DNA of 64,000 nucleotides. Source: a virus (Duplodnaviria; Caudoviricetes). A program made the position numbers and the translations under genes. The stretch lies in IMG/VR virus record IMGVR_UViG_3300028374_000002, positions 96,001 through 160,000 of that record. One strand, given 5' to 3'. A model generated the notes under the pieces. It was not told the origin of the DNA. It searched no databases and saw nothing but the letters and a program-made list of their open reading frames with translations. Shown piece after piece: positions 19,640 to 28,228 of the stretch (positions within the stretch are counted from its first letter, which is position 1; every line of letters starts with the position of its first letter).

Positions 19640-19649
19640 TTAATATATA
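19640..19649 (+). promoter_or_regulatory. Phage promoter TTAATATATA ahead of the second intein-splitting endonuclease
   Basis: Exact motif 14 nt before the ATG. Confidence 0.6.
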
Positions 19650-19663
19650 AAATAAAAATAATT

Positions 19664-20515
19664 ATGTGTGTTTCTTCTAATTACTTATATATTATCACTG
19701 ATACAACAAAACCAGGTAACTATGAGTTTGGTAACCTTAAGTTTCAGTTCTTACCATTCTACGTTGGTGTTTCTAATACAGAAACCTATTACAAAAGGGA
19801 AGACGTGCATATAAGGTATGCTAAAATTAAAAAAGATGTTACCAAAAATAAGTATAAGATGAATATAATAAACAAAATACTTAAATCTAATAAAGAACCA
19901 CATATATATAGATTATACGAAAATTCTACAAGAGATTTTATATTTAAAAAAGAAATTGACCTAATACTAATGATTGGTAATAGGTTTGATAAAACAGGAC
20001 CACTAGTGAACATATCAAAAGGTGGTGAAGGTGGTGATACTTTCACAAACAATCCACGCAAGGAAGAAATAAGAGAGAAGCATAGGTTGAATGCAATAGG
20101 ATCTAAAAATAACATGTATGGTTTACCGTTGGAAAAAAGACCATCTCATATTTCAAAACTAAGTGGGACACATTGGAATAAGGATAGTGTTGTAAGCGAT
20201 TCCACTAGAAAGAAACTATCAAATAAGAGCAAAGGTCATAATAATAACAAGTCAAAATTTACACTATTATTTGATAAAGATTTCAATTTTATAAAAGAAT
20301 TTGAATGTTGTATGTATATAGCAGAACATATAGGATCAACAAAAAAAGCTGTTTCAACAACGGCAAGGAGAAATTCGAAAAAAGAAATCCCTTATCACAC
20401 AACAAAAGAATTCTTTATTATATATAAAGAGGACTGGGAAAATAAATTTAAACATAAAGAGGAAGAAATTAAAGAATTTCTTAGAACTTTTAGAAAAAAT
20501 AAAAATCAATTTTAA
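19664..20515 (+). CDS. GIY-YIG homing endonuclease splitting intein 2
   Basis: YLYIITD...PFYVG; GPLVNISKGGEGG; related to the N-terminus of 4009..5793. Confidence 0.8.
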   Translation: MCVSSNYLYIITDTTKPGNYEFGNLKFQFLPFYVGVSNTETYYKREDVHIRYAKIKKDVTKNKYKMNIINKILKSNKEPHIYRLYENSTRDFIFKKEIDLILMIGNRFDKTGPLVNISKGGEGGDTFTNNPRKEEIREKHRLNAIGSKNNMYGLPLEKRPSHISKLSGTHWNKDSVVSDSTRKKLSNKSKGHNNNKSKFTLLFDKDFNFIKEFECCMYIAEHIGSTKKAVSTTARRNSKKEIPYHTTKEFFIIYKEDWENKFKHKEEEIKEFLRTFRKNKNQF

Positions 20516-20540
20516 TAAAAAAATAAAAAAATAAAAAAGC

Positions 20541-20636
20541 ATGATAAAAATAGAAAGAGTAAAAAATAGACCTGTTTATGATATTACAGTAAATAAAAAC
20601 AATAATTTTTATGCAAATAACATATTAGTTCATAAT
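20541..20636 (+). mobile_element. Split intein 2, C-part (32 aa), Cys+1
   Basis: VYDITV..NNNFYANNILVHN|C. Confidence 0.9.
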
Positions 20637-21620
20637 TGTGGTGAGATAGTAGAAGCCACGGGAATTACAAAAGCACAAAAGCCTATATTGGAAAACAAGG
20701 AACTTTTAGAAAAATTAAATCTAGGAGAGTTTTATGGCAAAGAAAGTGTTAATGAGACTGCTGTTTGTAATTTGGCATCTATTGCACTACCTAAGTTTGT
20801 GAATAAGAATAAAACATATAATCATAAAAAGCTATACGAAACTGCTTATACTGCAACTGTAAATCTAAATAATGTAATTGATTATAATTATTATCCTTCT
20901 GAAAATGCTAAATTTTCTAATATATTACACAGACCGATTGGTTTGGGTGTACAAGGATTAGCAGATGTATTTTTCCTAATCGGAATTCCTTATGACTGTG
21001 ATGATGCTAAAGCACTTAATAAAGAAATATTCGAAACTATTTATTACGGAGCTTTATCTGCATCGAATGATTTGGCTAAGGAACAAGGAACATATGAGAC
21101 TTATAAAGGTTCTCCTTTATCAGAGGGTAAATTTCAGTTTGACTTATGGGGTGCTACACCAACAAAAAGATGGGATTGGGAAAAGCTAAGAGTTAAAATA
21201 TTAGAGCATGGTGTTAGAAACTCTTTAACTACGTGTGTTATGCCGACCGCTTCGTGTTTTACTAGTGATGGTACTATATTCACAGAGGATGGTGTAAAGT
21301 CTTATAGAAATATAATGAATGATATGGATATAGATTGGGAGAAAATAGAAGAAACCAATGAGCAAGGATGGATTAAATTTAAAACACCATTAATGGTAGA
21401 AACTAGATTTGGTCTTAGAGAGTCTAATAAAATATTCTACAATGGTCATAAGGAAGTTATAGAAATCGAATTAGAAGATGGGAACATATTTAAATGTACT
21501 GAAAATCATAAGTTCTTAGTAGAAAGGGATGGTGCTGATGAATGGATTACTGCTAATGATTTAGTAGAAAGTGATGAGATTGTTGAAAGTAGCCTAATGC
21601 TCGAAAATACGAGGGAGTAG
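20541..21620 (+). CDS. nrdA: NrdA piece 3: C-intein 2 + extein + N-intein 3
   Basis: ILVHN|CGE (thiyl-radical Cys as +1), VCNLASI, RPIGLGVQGLAD, RNSL..MPTAS|CFTS. Confidence 0.95.
   Translation: MIKIERVKNRPVYDITVNKNNNFYANNILVHNCGEIVEATGITKAQKPILENKELLEKLNLGEFYGKESVNETAVCNLASIALPKFVNKNKTYNHKKLYETAYTATVNLNNVIDYNYYPSENAKFSNILHRPIGLGVQGLADVFFLIGIPYDCDDAKALNKEIFETIYYGALSASNDLAKEQGTYETYKGSPLSEGKFQFDLWGATPTKRWDWEKLRVKILEHGVRNSLTTCVMPTASCFTSDGTIFTEDGVKSYRNIMNDMDIDWEKIEETNEQGWIKFKTPLMVETRFGLRESNKIFYNGHKEVIEIELEDGNIFKCTENHKFLVERDGADEWITANDLVESDEIVESSLMLENTRE
21255..21617 (+). mobile_element. Split intein 3, N-part (121 aa)
   Basis: MPTAS|CFTSDG; block B CTENHKFL; WITANDL..SD. Confidence 0.9.
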
Positions 21621-21640
21621 GCATAGGACAAGGCATCACT

Positions 21641-21650
21641 TTAATATATA
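21641..21650 (+). promoter_or_regulatory. Phage promoter TTAATATATA ahead of the third intein-splitting endonuclease
   Basis: Exact motif 15 nt before the ATG. Confidence 0.6.
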
Positions 21651-21665
21651 AATAAAAAAGTATTT

Positions 21666-22904
21666 ATGGTTAAAGTGATGTCTAAGTCTTTCTCTTCAAA
21701 GCGAATGTTTTTAAAAAAATTAAAAGGTGTGAAAATAGTTGAAAGTGATATAGAATGTGGTATAGATGAATTATTTGCGTGGTATGGAATACCAGAGAGT
21801 ATAAATTTATGTAAAAAAATTGACATAATAAACCTAAAATTAAATAATAACATCGATGATAGGCAGTTAAAAACATATTTAAAAAAATCATTAAATACTT
21901 TTGAAATTAAAAGGTTTTTATCCTATATTGAATATAAAAGTAATAATCCTAAAGATGTTAGTTCAGAAAATTATTTTAAGTTAGTATATGGTAAAGGTTG
22001 GGAAAATTATAAAGACAAGAAAGCAAAGGATAGAAAATCCCCATATGACTTAGAGTATGTTGCCAAGTCCAATAATATATCAACTGATAAAGCTAAATGT
22101 AAGATATCAAAAATGAAATCAGACAAAGCAACTAACCTAGTTGGATTTATAAGAAGACATGGTAAAGAAAATGGTGAAAAAATGTTTCAAAAATTTCAAT
22201 TAACTAGCAAACATACATTAGAAAAGTATATTAACAAACACGGAAGTATCATAGGATTAGAAAAATGGAATAAGTATTTGTTGGTTAAATCAGAAACTTC
22301 AGCATTTAATAAAAATTTTTGGATTAACAAAGGATTTACTAAAAAAGAATCAATCGCTAAAGTCAGAAAAATATCAGACAATAGTAGTTTGAAATATTTT
22401 ATAAATAAACATAATGGTAATATAGATGTTGCAAAGACTGAATTTATCAAATTTATTAGGAAAAAGGGTGTAAATTTCAATAATGCAAGTAAGGAGTCAT
22501 TAACTTACTTTAATAGTTTGTATAAAAAACTAATAGAATTTGGTATATATGATTGTGATATACACTTAGGTGCATTTGGTAAAAATGAGTTATGCCTTTT
22601 CTATGAAGATGGTTGCTATCTTTATGATTTTGCTATAAAAAGTCATAAGCTAATTATAGAATATCACGGTGAGAGATGGCATCCTAACCCTGATAGATTA
22701 TCTGATAAAGAATGGAATTCGTGGAAATGTATTGCTAGTGGTATCAGTGCAAATGAAAAGCATTTAAGAGATAGGCATAAAGAAAAAGTGGTATATGACA
22801 ATGGTTTCAAATTACTAGAAATATGGTCTAATGATACATATAAACTTAATTGTTATAAAATAAATAACTTTTTAGAAGAAAATAATATAAAAATAAATAA
22901 ATAA
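21666..22904 (+). CDS. Free-standing Vsr/DUF559-like endonuclease splitting intein 3
   Basis: C-terminal YLYDF...LIIEYHGERWH...LLEIWS; KHG..G..K repeats. Confidence 0.75.
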   Translation: MVKVMSKSFSSKRMFLKKLKGVKIVESDIECGIDELFAWYGIPESINLCKKIDIINLKLNNNIDDRQLKTYLKKSLNTFEIKRFLSYIEYKSNNPKDVSSENYFKLVYGKGWENYKDKKAKDRKSPYDLEYVAKSNNISTDKAKCKISKMKSDKATNLVGFIRRHGKENGEKMFQKFQLTSKHTLEKYINKHGSIIGLEKWNKYLLVKSETSAFNKNFWINKGFTKKESIAKVRKISDNSSLKYFINKHNGNIDVAKTEFIKFIRKKGVNFNNASKESLTYFNSLYKKLIEFGIYDCDIHLGAFGKNELCLFYEDGCYLYDFAIKSHKLIIEYHGERWHPNPDRLSDKEWNSWKCIASGISANEKHLRDRHKEKVVYDNGFKLLEIWSNDTYKLNCYKINNFLEENNIKINK

Positions 22905-22906
22905 TT

Positions 22907-23014
22907 ATGAAAATAAAAAAGATTACAAAATCACAAACGACTAAACCTACATGGGATATAGAAGTAGAAGATGTTCACGAGTATCTAACTGGAAATATGT
23001 GTGTGTCACATAAT
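22907..23014 (+). mobile_element. Split intein 3, C-part (36 aa), Thr+1
   Basis: MKIKKI...TWDIEVEDVHEYLTGNMCVSHN|T. Confidence 0.9.
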
Positions 23015-23686
23015 ACTGCACAAATACTAGGTAATGAGGCATCTTATGAAGCACAGACCTCTAATATGTACTCTAGAGGAACATTATCAGGTACATTTAT
23101 TATGGTTAATAAGTATCTTGTAAAAGAGCTAGTTAAACAAGGTATATGGGATGATAATATAAGAAAGAAAATTATAACAGAAAATGGTTCTGTTCAAAAC
23201 ATACCAGAGATACCTACAAATCTTAAAGAGATATTTAAGACAGTTTATGAGGTTAAGCAGAAGGATGTTATTGACATGTGTGCTGATAGGGGGGCTTTTG
23301 TTGACCAAACACAATCTATGAATATTTTTATGGATTCTCCAAACTTTGCTAAGCTAACTGCTATGCACTTTTATGGATGGGGTAGAAGAAAATTCTTAAA
23401 AGACGAAAGAGGTCAAGATGTTATACCAAGTGGTGATAATATAGAAATTATTTATAATGAAGATGGTACTCCTAGATTTTATAGAGATAAAAAATCTTGT
23501 CTAAAAACTGGTATATATTATCTAAGGAATAAAGGAGCAGCTGATGCTGTTAAATTTACTACTAAGCAAGTAACAGAAGAAGTTAAAGTTGATGAATCAG
23601 AAATGTCACCAAAAGAATTCCAAACTATGGTTGAAAATTCTAGAAATGCACAAGATGATGATGACTGTTTAATGTGTGGTTCTTAA
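22907..23686 (+). CDS. nrdA: NrdA piece 4: C-intein 3 + C-terminal extein
   Basis: VSHN|TAQILG, DQTQSMN, KTGIYYLR (Tyr pair), terminal CLMCGS. Confidence 0.95.
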   Translation: MKIKKITKSQTTKPTWDIEVEDVHEYLTGNMCVSHNTAQILGNEASYEAQTSNMYSRGTLSGTFIMVNKYLVKELVKQGIWDDNIRKKIITENGSVQNIPEIPTNLKEIFKTVYEVKQKDVIDMCADRGAFVDQTQSMNIFMDSPNFAKLTAMHFYGWGRRKFLKDERGQDVIPSGDNIEIIYNEDGTPRFYRDKKSCLKTGIYYLRNKGAADAVKFTTKQVTEEVKVDESEMSPKEFQTMVENSRNAQDDDDCLMCGS

Positions 23687-23707
23687 CATTTAATTACTAA
23701 GCAAGAC

Positions 23708-23741
23708 AAAAACTCTCAATATAATATATTGAGAGTTTTTT
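23708..23741. terminator. Bidirectional terminator
   Basis: 15-bp perfect stem AAAAACTCTCAATAT / ATATTGAGAGTTTTT between convergent genes. Confidence 0.85.
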
Positions 23742-24510
23742 ATTTCCATATGTTTTCTAAATCTATCCTAGCATTAACACCTACTTCTTTTCCATCTTTA
23801 ATTAAAGAATATTTGTTAAAATCTTTGAAAACATTTAGTATTTCCATCATTTTTATAATTTCTTTATGTTCTATATCCTCATTAAATATCTTAACTAAGT
23901 TATCTACCTCATCGTATGATAAGTTTCTTTTATCTTTGAGAAAATGTGTGAAGTCATAGAATAAATCAGAATATTTATGACCCTCTCCGTTTATTTCTTT
24001 TTTGAGTAAAAATTTACTGAGAGATGTTTCAACACCTATTGTTGGCAGGGAATAGATATAGTCGTTGATTTCAAAACATTTATCTTTATTGTTGTACATA
24101 GACATTGTGTCATTGCTTAAATTTATGTAGTTAAAATTCTTATGGCTAAACTCAATATATTTACTCTCTATTGTATCTTCATCGATATAATCAAATCCTA
24201 TTTTTTTACCAATCGTTAGTCTAACTATTTCAATGAAGATAAAAACTATATCTATGCTTCTTATATCTCCAAAATTATATCCTTTTTGAAAAGTTATATT
24301 GTTTATAACAACGGTTTTTATTTTAGCTATTACCATAGATATATCATCTTTTATAAAATTACTCTCATACATTTCTATATCTTGTATACTAGCTTTTCTG
24401 ATTTTCATACTGAAGTCATCTTGATAGAACAGACCCAATGAAGGCAATGTTTTTAATTTAATTACTTTTTCGTTTCCAAAAAATTTTTGTGAAAATTGTG
24501 CCAATTCCAT
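23740..24510 (-). CDS. Baseplate hub assembly-like protein (T4 gp26/gp51-like)
   Basis: LPSLGLFY...IRKAS..D....D...IFIEIVRLT resembles the gp26-like N-terminal pattern. Confidence 0.4.
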   Translation of the reverse strand: MELAQFSQKFFGNEKVIKLKTLPSLGLFYQDDFSMKIRKASIQDIEMYESNFIKDDISMVIAKIKTVVINNITFQKGYNFGDIRSIDIVFIFIEIVRLTIGKKIGFDYIDEDTIESKYIEFSHKNFNYINLSNDTMSMYNNKDKCFEINDYIYSLPTIGVETSLSKFLLKKEINGEGHKYSDLFYDFTHFLKDKRNLSYDEVDNLVKIFNEDIEHKEIIKMMEILNVFKDFNKYSLIKDGKEVGVNARIDLENIWK

Positions 24511-24607
24511 TAATATTTTAATTTGGCTTATATATTATTTAAACAAATCTTTGTTAGTATTAAACATTTATTTTTTTTTGTATATAATAATAAAATAATA
24601 TATAACT

Positions 24608-25009
24608 ATGTCAATAAACGTAAGAAACTCACAACTAACACAAGAAACTATTGAATCTATAAACCATCTTATTGATGAGGATATAAATGCAACTGTTGCT
24701 TTTAAACTTATGAGAATAATCAAAGAATTATCTTCTATTGTTGAGGATAAAAATAAGCTAGAGAAAAAGATTTTAGATAAATGGGTCAAAAGGGATGATG
24801 AAGAAAATCCTATAGTAGGCAAAGACCAAGATGGTAAAGAGATAGAGGGATCGGTAGAACTAAAAGACCCTAAATCATTTACTGAGGAAATGGAGAAGTT
24901 ATCACTTATGGAAAATGAAATAGGATTTGATAAAATAAAATTTGAAGACCTAAATTTAAAGACTGCTAAAATAAAAGATTTGATGAAAATTGAATTCTTA
25001 TTTGTATAA
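24608..25009 (+). CDS. Hypothetical protein
   Basis: Helical ORF with TAATATATA 3 nt before the ATG. Confidence 0.65.
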   Translation: MSINVRNSQLTQETIESINHLIDEDINATVAFKLMRIIKELSSIVEDKNKLEKKILDKWVKRDDEENPIVGKDQDGKEIEGSVELKDPKSFTEEMEKLSLMENEIGFDKIKFEDLNLKTAKIKDLMKIEFLFV

Positions 25010-25058
25010 AATATATATGGAGTGGCATTTTTAATATATAATAAAAAATATATTTATA

Positions 25059-26720
25059 ATGCCAAATACATATAGTATTTTCATAGGAGAAGTAATAGAG
25101 AGTACTAGCAAAGAAGATTTATTCGGATTGTTAGAACTTCTACCAGATAATACACAAAAGTTAATTAGTCCAAGAGATGCTAGGGATGCTTTCCTTACGA
25201 CTTGGGCCAATTCTACTTTTAAACTCACCTCTACTACTAGTCAAAATGAATACATAGGTATAGATACTGGGAACCCAGTAAATAGAGATGTAAAGACTAA
25301 AATATTACTAGGTAAAAGGAGCGTGGGATCATTCAATATAATGAGTGATGCTCTTTTAAACACAACAGATACCGATGTATTTTTCTTCAATACTAAAAAA
25401 GATAATGCTAGTCAAGATAAAACTAAAATATCTATATTAGCAGGAACAAATAGATTATTATATCCAAACTCACCATATTTAGAAACAGTTAGAGAGGAAG
25501 GCTCTGATGTCCTAAGCTTTAATATAGTAAATCCTAATCCACTTGGTACTTTAAATATATCATCATCTGATATAGTTAATATTAATGGGATATCGTTTCC
25601 TACAATTGATGATAATAGCACAGATGCACAAAATGGTAAGATACTTAAATATTCTGGGATATACCCATTTGGTAGTTTAGAATGGGCTGAACTAGAGGCT
25701 GGTGATGTACAAATTGGATCTCCTGGTTCAGAAACAAACATATATGGTAGTCCAGTTAATCTGAACGGATTTTCATTAGAATTTATAGAAAATGATATAG
25801 TCCCAGAGGATATAGGAGATATTAAACAAGGTGAGAGTTTCCCAGTTAATTCATTTGATGATAATGGGGATTTGGCTACACCACAAGACTGGCCAATATC
25901 AGAAATACTTAGAAGAGTATTATATCCAGAAATAGATCCAGAATTAGAGTTTGATTTAAGTCCAAGTAATAATAAATATGTAGAAATCGGTGATACTAAT
26001 ACCAAGTCTTTCACATTTTCTATAAAATCATTTCCTAGAAAGCCTTCAGAAAGAGTTTCAAGTTGGTTTATAAGAAATATACCTAATACTGGTGCGTGGA
26101 ACATTATAACACAAGGTGGACCATTATCAGATATACCAGGAGACACATTCAGTAGTTCTATCACAACACAGATAAATAGACAATTTACTGGAGAATTTGA
26201 ATATGAACTATTGGTTTCTACAAGGAGTGATTTAACATTATCACCTAGCAACAGTATAATTGGATATGATTATAAAAAAAGAATAACACTAGAATCAATA
26301 AAGCCCTTTTTTAACATAATAACTAATGATTCTGCAATAATATCTAGCTTATCTACTTCATTATCAGGCTCATTACCACCTAATAGTGTAACACCACAAA
26401 CACTTAAATTAGTTATAGAAAACGTAAATGTAATTAAAACAGTGGATAGCTATCCGACTAACGGTGGTAGTCTTAATCTTTCATTTGATGGACAAGGTTA
26501 TATCATATTCGCACAATCAGTCATATATCCACCTGTTAGACAAATAAAAGATGATAATGGATTTGTTATTTATGATATAAATGATTTAGCACTAAGTTCA
26601 TTTCAAGTAAATACTATAACATCATCATCACCATTTACATACTATGGTGGGTTTAGAGTATATAAAAGTATTTATATGGTAACTAGCAATTATACTTTTA
26701 ATCTACAAATAATATACTAA
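25059..26720 (+). CDS. Putative virion structural/tail protein, paralogue A
   Basis: S/T/N-rich beta-type composition; shares many blocks with 26723..28198; adjacent to the fibre gene. Confidence 0.55.
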   Translation: MPNTYSIFIGEVIESTSKEDLFGLLELLPDNTQKLISPRDARDAFLTTWANSTFKLTSTTSQNEYIGIDTGNPVNRDVKTKILLGKRSVGSFNIMSDALLNTTDTDVFFFNTKKDNASQDKTKISILAGTNRLLYPNSPYLETVREEGSDVLSFNIVNPNPLGTLNISSSDIVNINGISFPTIDDNSTDAQNGKILKYSGIYPFGSLEWAELEAGDVQIGSPGSETNIYGSPVNLNGFSLEFIENDIVPEDIGDIKQGESFPVNSFDDNGDLATPQDWPISEILRRVLYPEIDPELEFDLSPSNNKYVEIGDTNTKSFTFSIKSFPRKPSERVSSWFIRNIPNTGAWNIITQGGPLSDIPGDTFSSSITTQINRQFTGEFEYELLVSTRSDLTLSPSNSIIGYDYKKRITLESIKPFFNIITNDSAIISSLSTSLSGSLPPNSVTPQTLKLVIENVNVIKTVDSYPTNGGSLNLSFDGQGYIIFAQSVIYPPVRQIKDDNGFVIYDINDLALSSFQVNTITSSSPFTYYGGFRVYKSIYMVTSNYTFNLQIIY

Positions 26721-26722
26721 AT

Positions 26723-28198
26723 ATGCCAATTTATACTTTAAATAATTCAACTATAACAGAGAGTTCAACTTATGATTTAAGTAATTATGACCAAAAGATA
26801 GATTTACTCACAACACTTTTTGATAATACCACCAATCAAATTAAGCCAAGACCATTAAGGGATGCTATATTATCTATTTGGGCAAATACTGCATTTAAGG
26901 AAACAAAAGTTGGTGATATGACTTATATAGGCATTGATACACTAGACCCAAGAACAACTGGTGATAGAAAAGATGCTAAGTATAAGATATTATTAGGCAA
27001 GAGGTCATATACACCGAATGGAGAATCTTACTCTGAATCAAATGATATATTAACAGAGGATTTACTAGAAAGTGATACGGATATATTCTTTTTTAATACA
27101 AAGGATGATTTGGGTGATCAAAACACTACTAAACTATCATTTTTAGCTAGCACTGATAGCGAACTTCATATAAATGCACCTTATCTATCTACTCAGTACG
27201 TAAGTGGCATAGAATCACTAACATTTAATATAGTAAATAAAGGTGTTATAAACTTAGTGTCAGAAAACAACACATATATAAATAACTTAGGATTTCCCAA
27301 AGCTTCCGATAGTAATTCTTTAGACCTAGATAATAAACTCTTAGTTTATAGAGATGGGAACTTTATGTGGGAAGATTTTACATTGTTTTTAGACAATGTT
27401 GGTATGACTGGTTCTGAGTTAAACATATATGGTGATGTAAATATAAATGATTATAGTCTAGATTTCACTGATAGTAGAAAGCTCCCTATTGATTTTGGTG
27501 GACTTAACCAAGGTGAAACCTTTGGTTCTAATAGCATAACAGAAATGCTCAAAAGAATGATATATCCAAACCAAGCACCTACTGGTTCATTGGTGTTATT
27601 ACCACCATTTGATAATGGAATTGCCGAGGTTGGCACATTTCCAAATCCAATGATAGAATATACCATAGTTAAAAAGACCTCACCTACTATAACAACTATA
27701 TTAAGTAATATGAATCCTAGTTTTTATCCACCAATAGAAGGGATTCCTTACAAGACTATTATTGGTGTAGCAAGTGCAATAGTTATATCACCAATCAATA
27801 CATCAACACAGAATTATAAGATAATAGTAAGTGATTCTAATCAAGAAAATACAGATGATGTTTCAATAAAGGGTGTATATCCAATTTTCTATGGTATAGA
27901 TACAATTACATCAATTACAAATTCCAATCTATCTTTTTTAGACAAATTAGTAGAAGATAAGAGTAATAAAAATATTAACATAATTGGCGAAGGAAATATC
28001 TATTTTTTATATCCAGTTGAATATGATGAGTTGGTTGATATTACTGATTCTGATGACAATTCTATAGATTATGAGTCTGAGATAATATCTTATTCATCAC
28101 CACTAGGTTACTGGGCATCAAAAGATTATTACATATACTACTCAACAAATTCTTATAGCCTAGAGACTCCTACTGAATTTAAATTTAAATTCAGTTAA
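26723..28198 (+). CDS. Putative virion structural/tail protein, paralogue B
   Basis: Shared blocks RDA...WAN..FK, YIGIDT, KILLGKRS, FFFNTK.D, E.L.R..YP. Confidence 0.55.
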   Translation: MPIYTLNNSTITESSTYDLSNYDQKIDLLTTLFDNTTNQIKPRPLRDAILSIWANTAFKETKVGDMTYIGIDTLDPRTTGDRKDAKYKILLGKRSYTPNGESYSESNDILTEDLLESDTDIFFFNTKDDLGDQNTTKLSFLASTDSELHINAPYLSTQYVSGIESLTFNIVNKGVINLVSENNTYINNLGFPKASDSNSLDLDNKLLVYRDGNFMWEDFTLFLDNVGMTGSELNIYGDVNINDYSLDFTDSRKLPIDFGGLNQGETFGSNSITEMLKRMIYPNQAPTGSLVLLPPFDNGIAEVGTFPNPMIEYTIVKKTSPTITTILSNMNPSFYPPIEGIPYKTIIGVASAIVISPINTSTQNYKIIVSDSNQENTDDVSIKGVYPIFYGIDTITSITNSNLSFLDKLVEDKSNKNINIIGEGNIYFLYPVEYDELVDITDSDDNSIDYESEIISYSSPLGYWASKDYYIYYSTNSYSLETPTEFKFKFS

Positions 28199-28228
28199 AG
28201 ATAGAATAAAAAAATATATATATACCAT

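Noticed and set aside
16204-23686. nrdA as a decayed pseudogene or as a product of stop-codon recoding
   Set aside because: Every break falls inside an intein between intact blocks, each downstream piece has a fresh start, all catalytic motifs are intact, and other long genes end normally in TAA, TAG or TGA.
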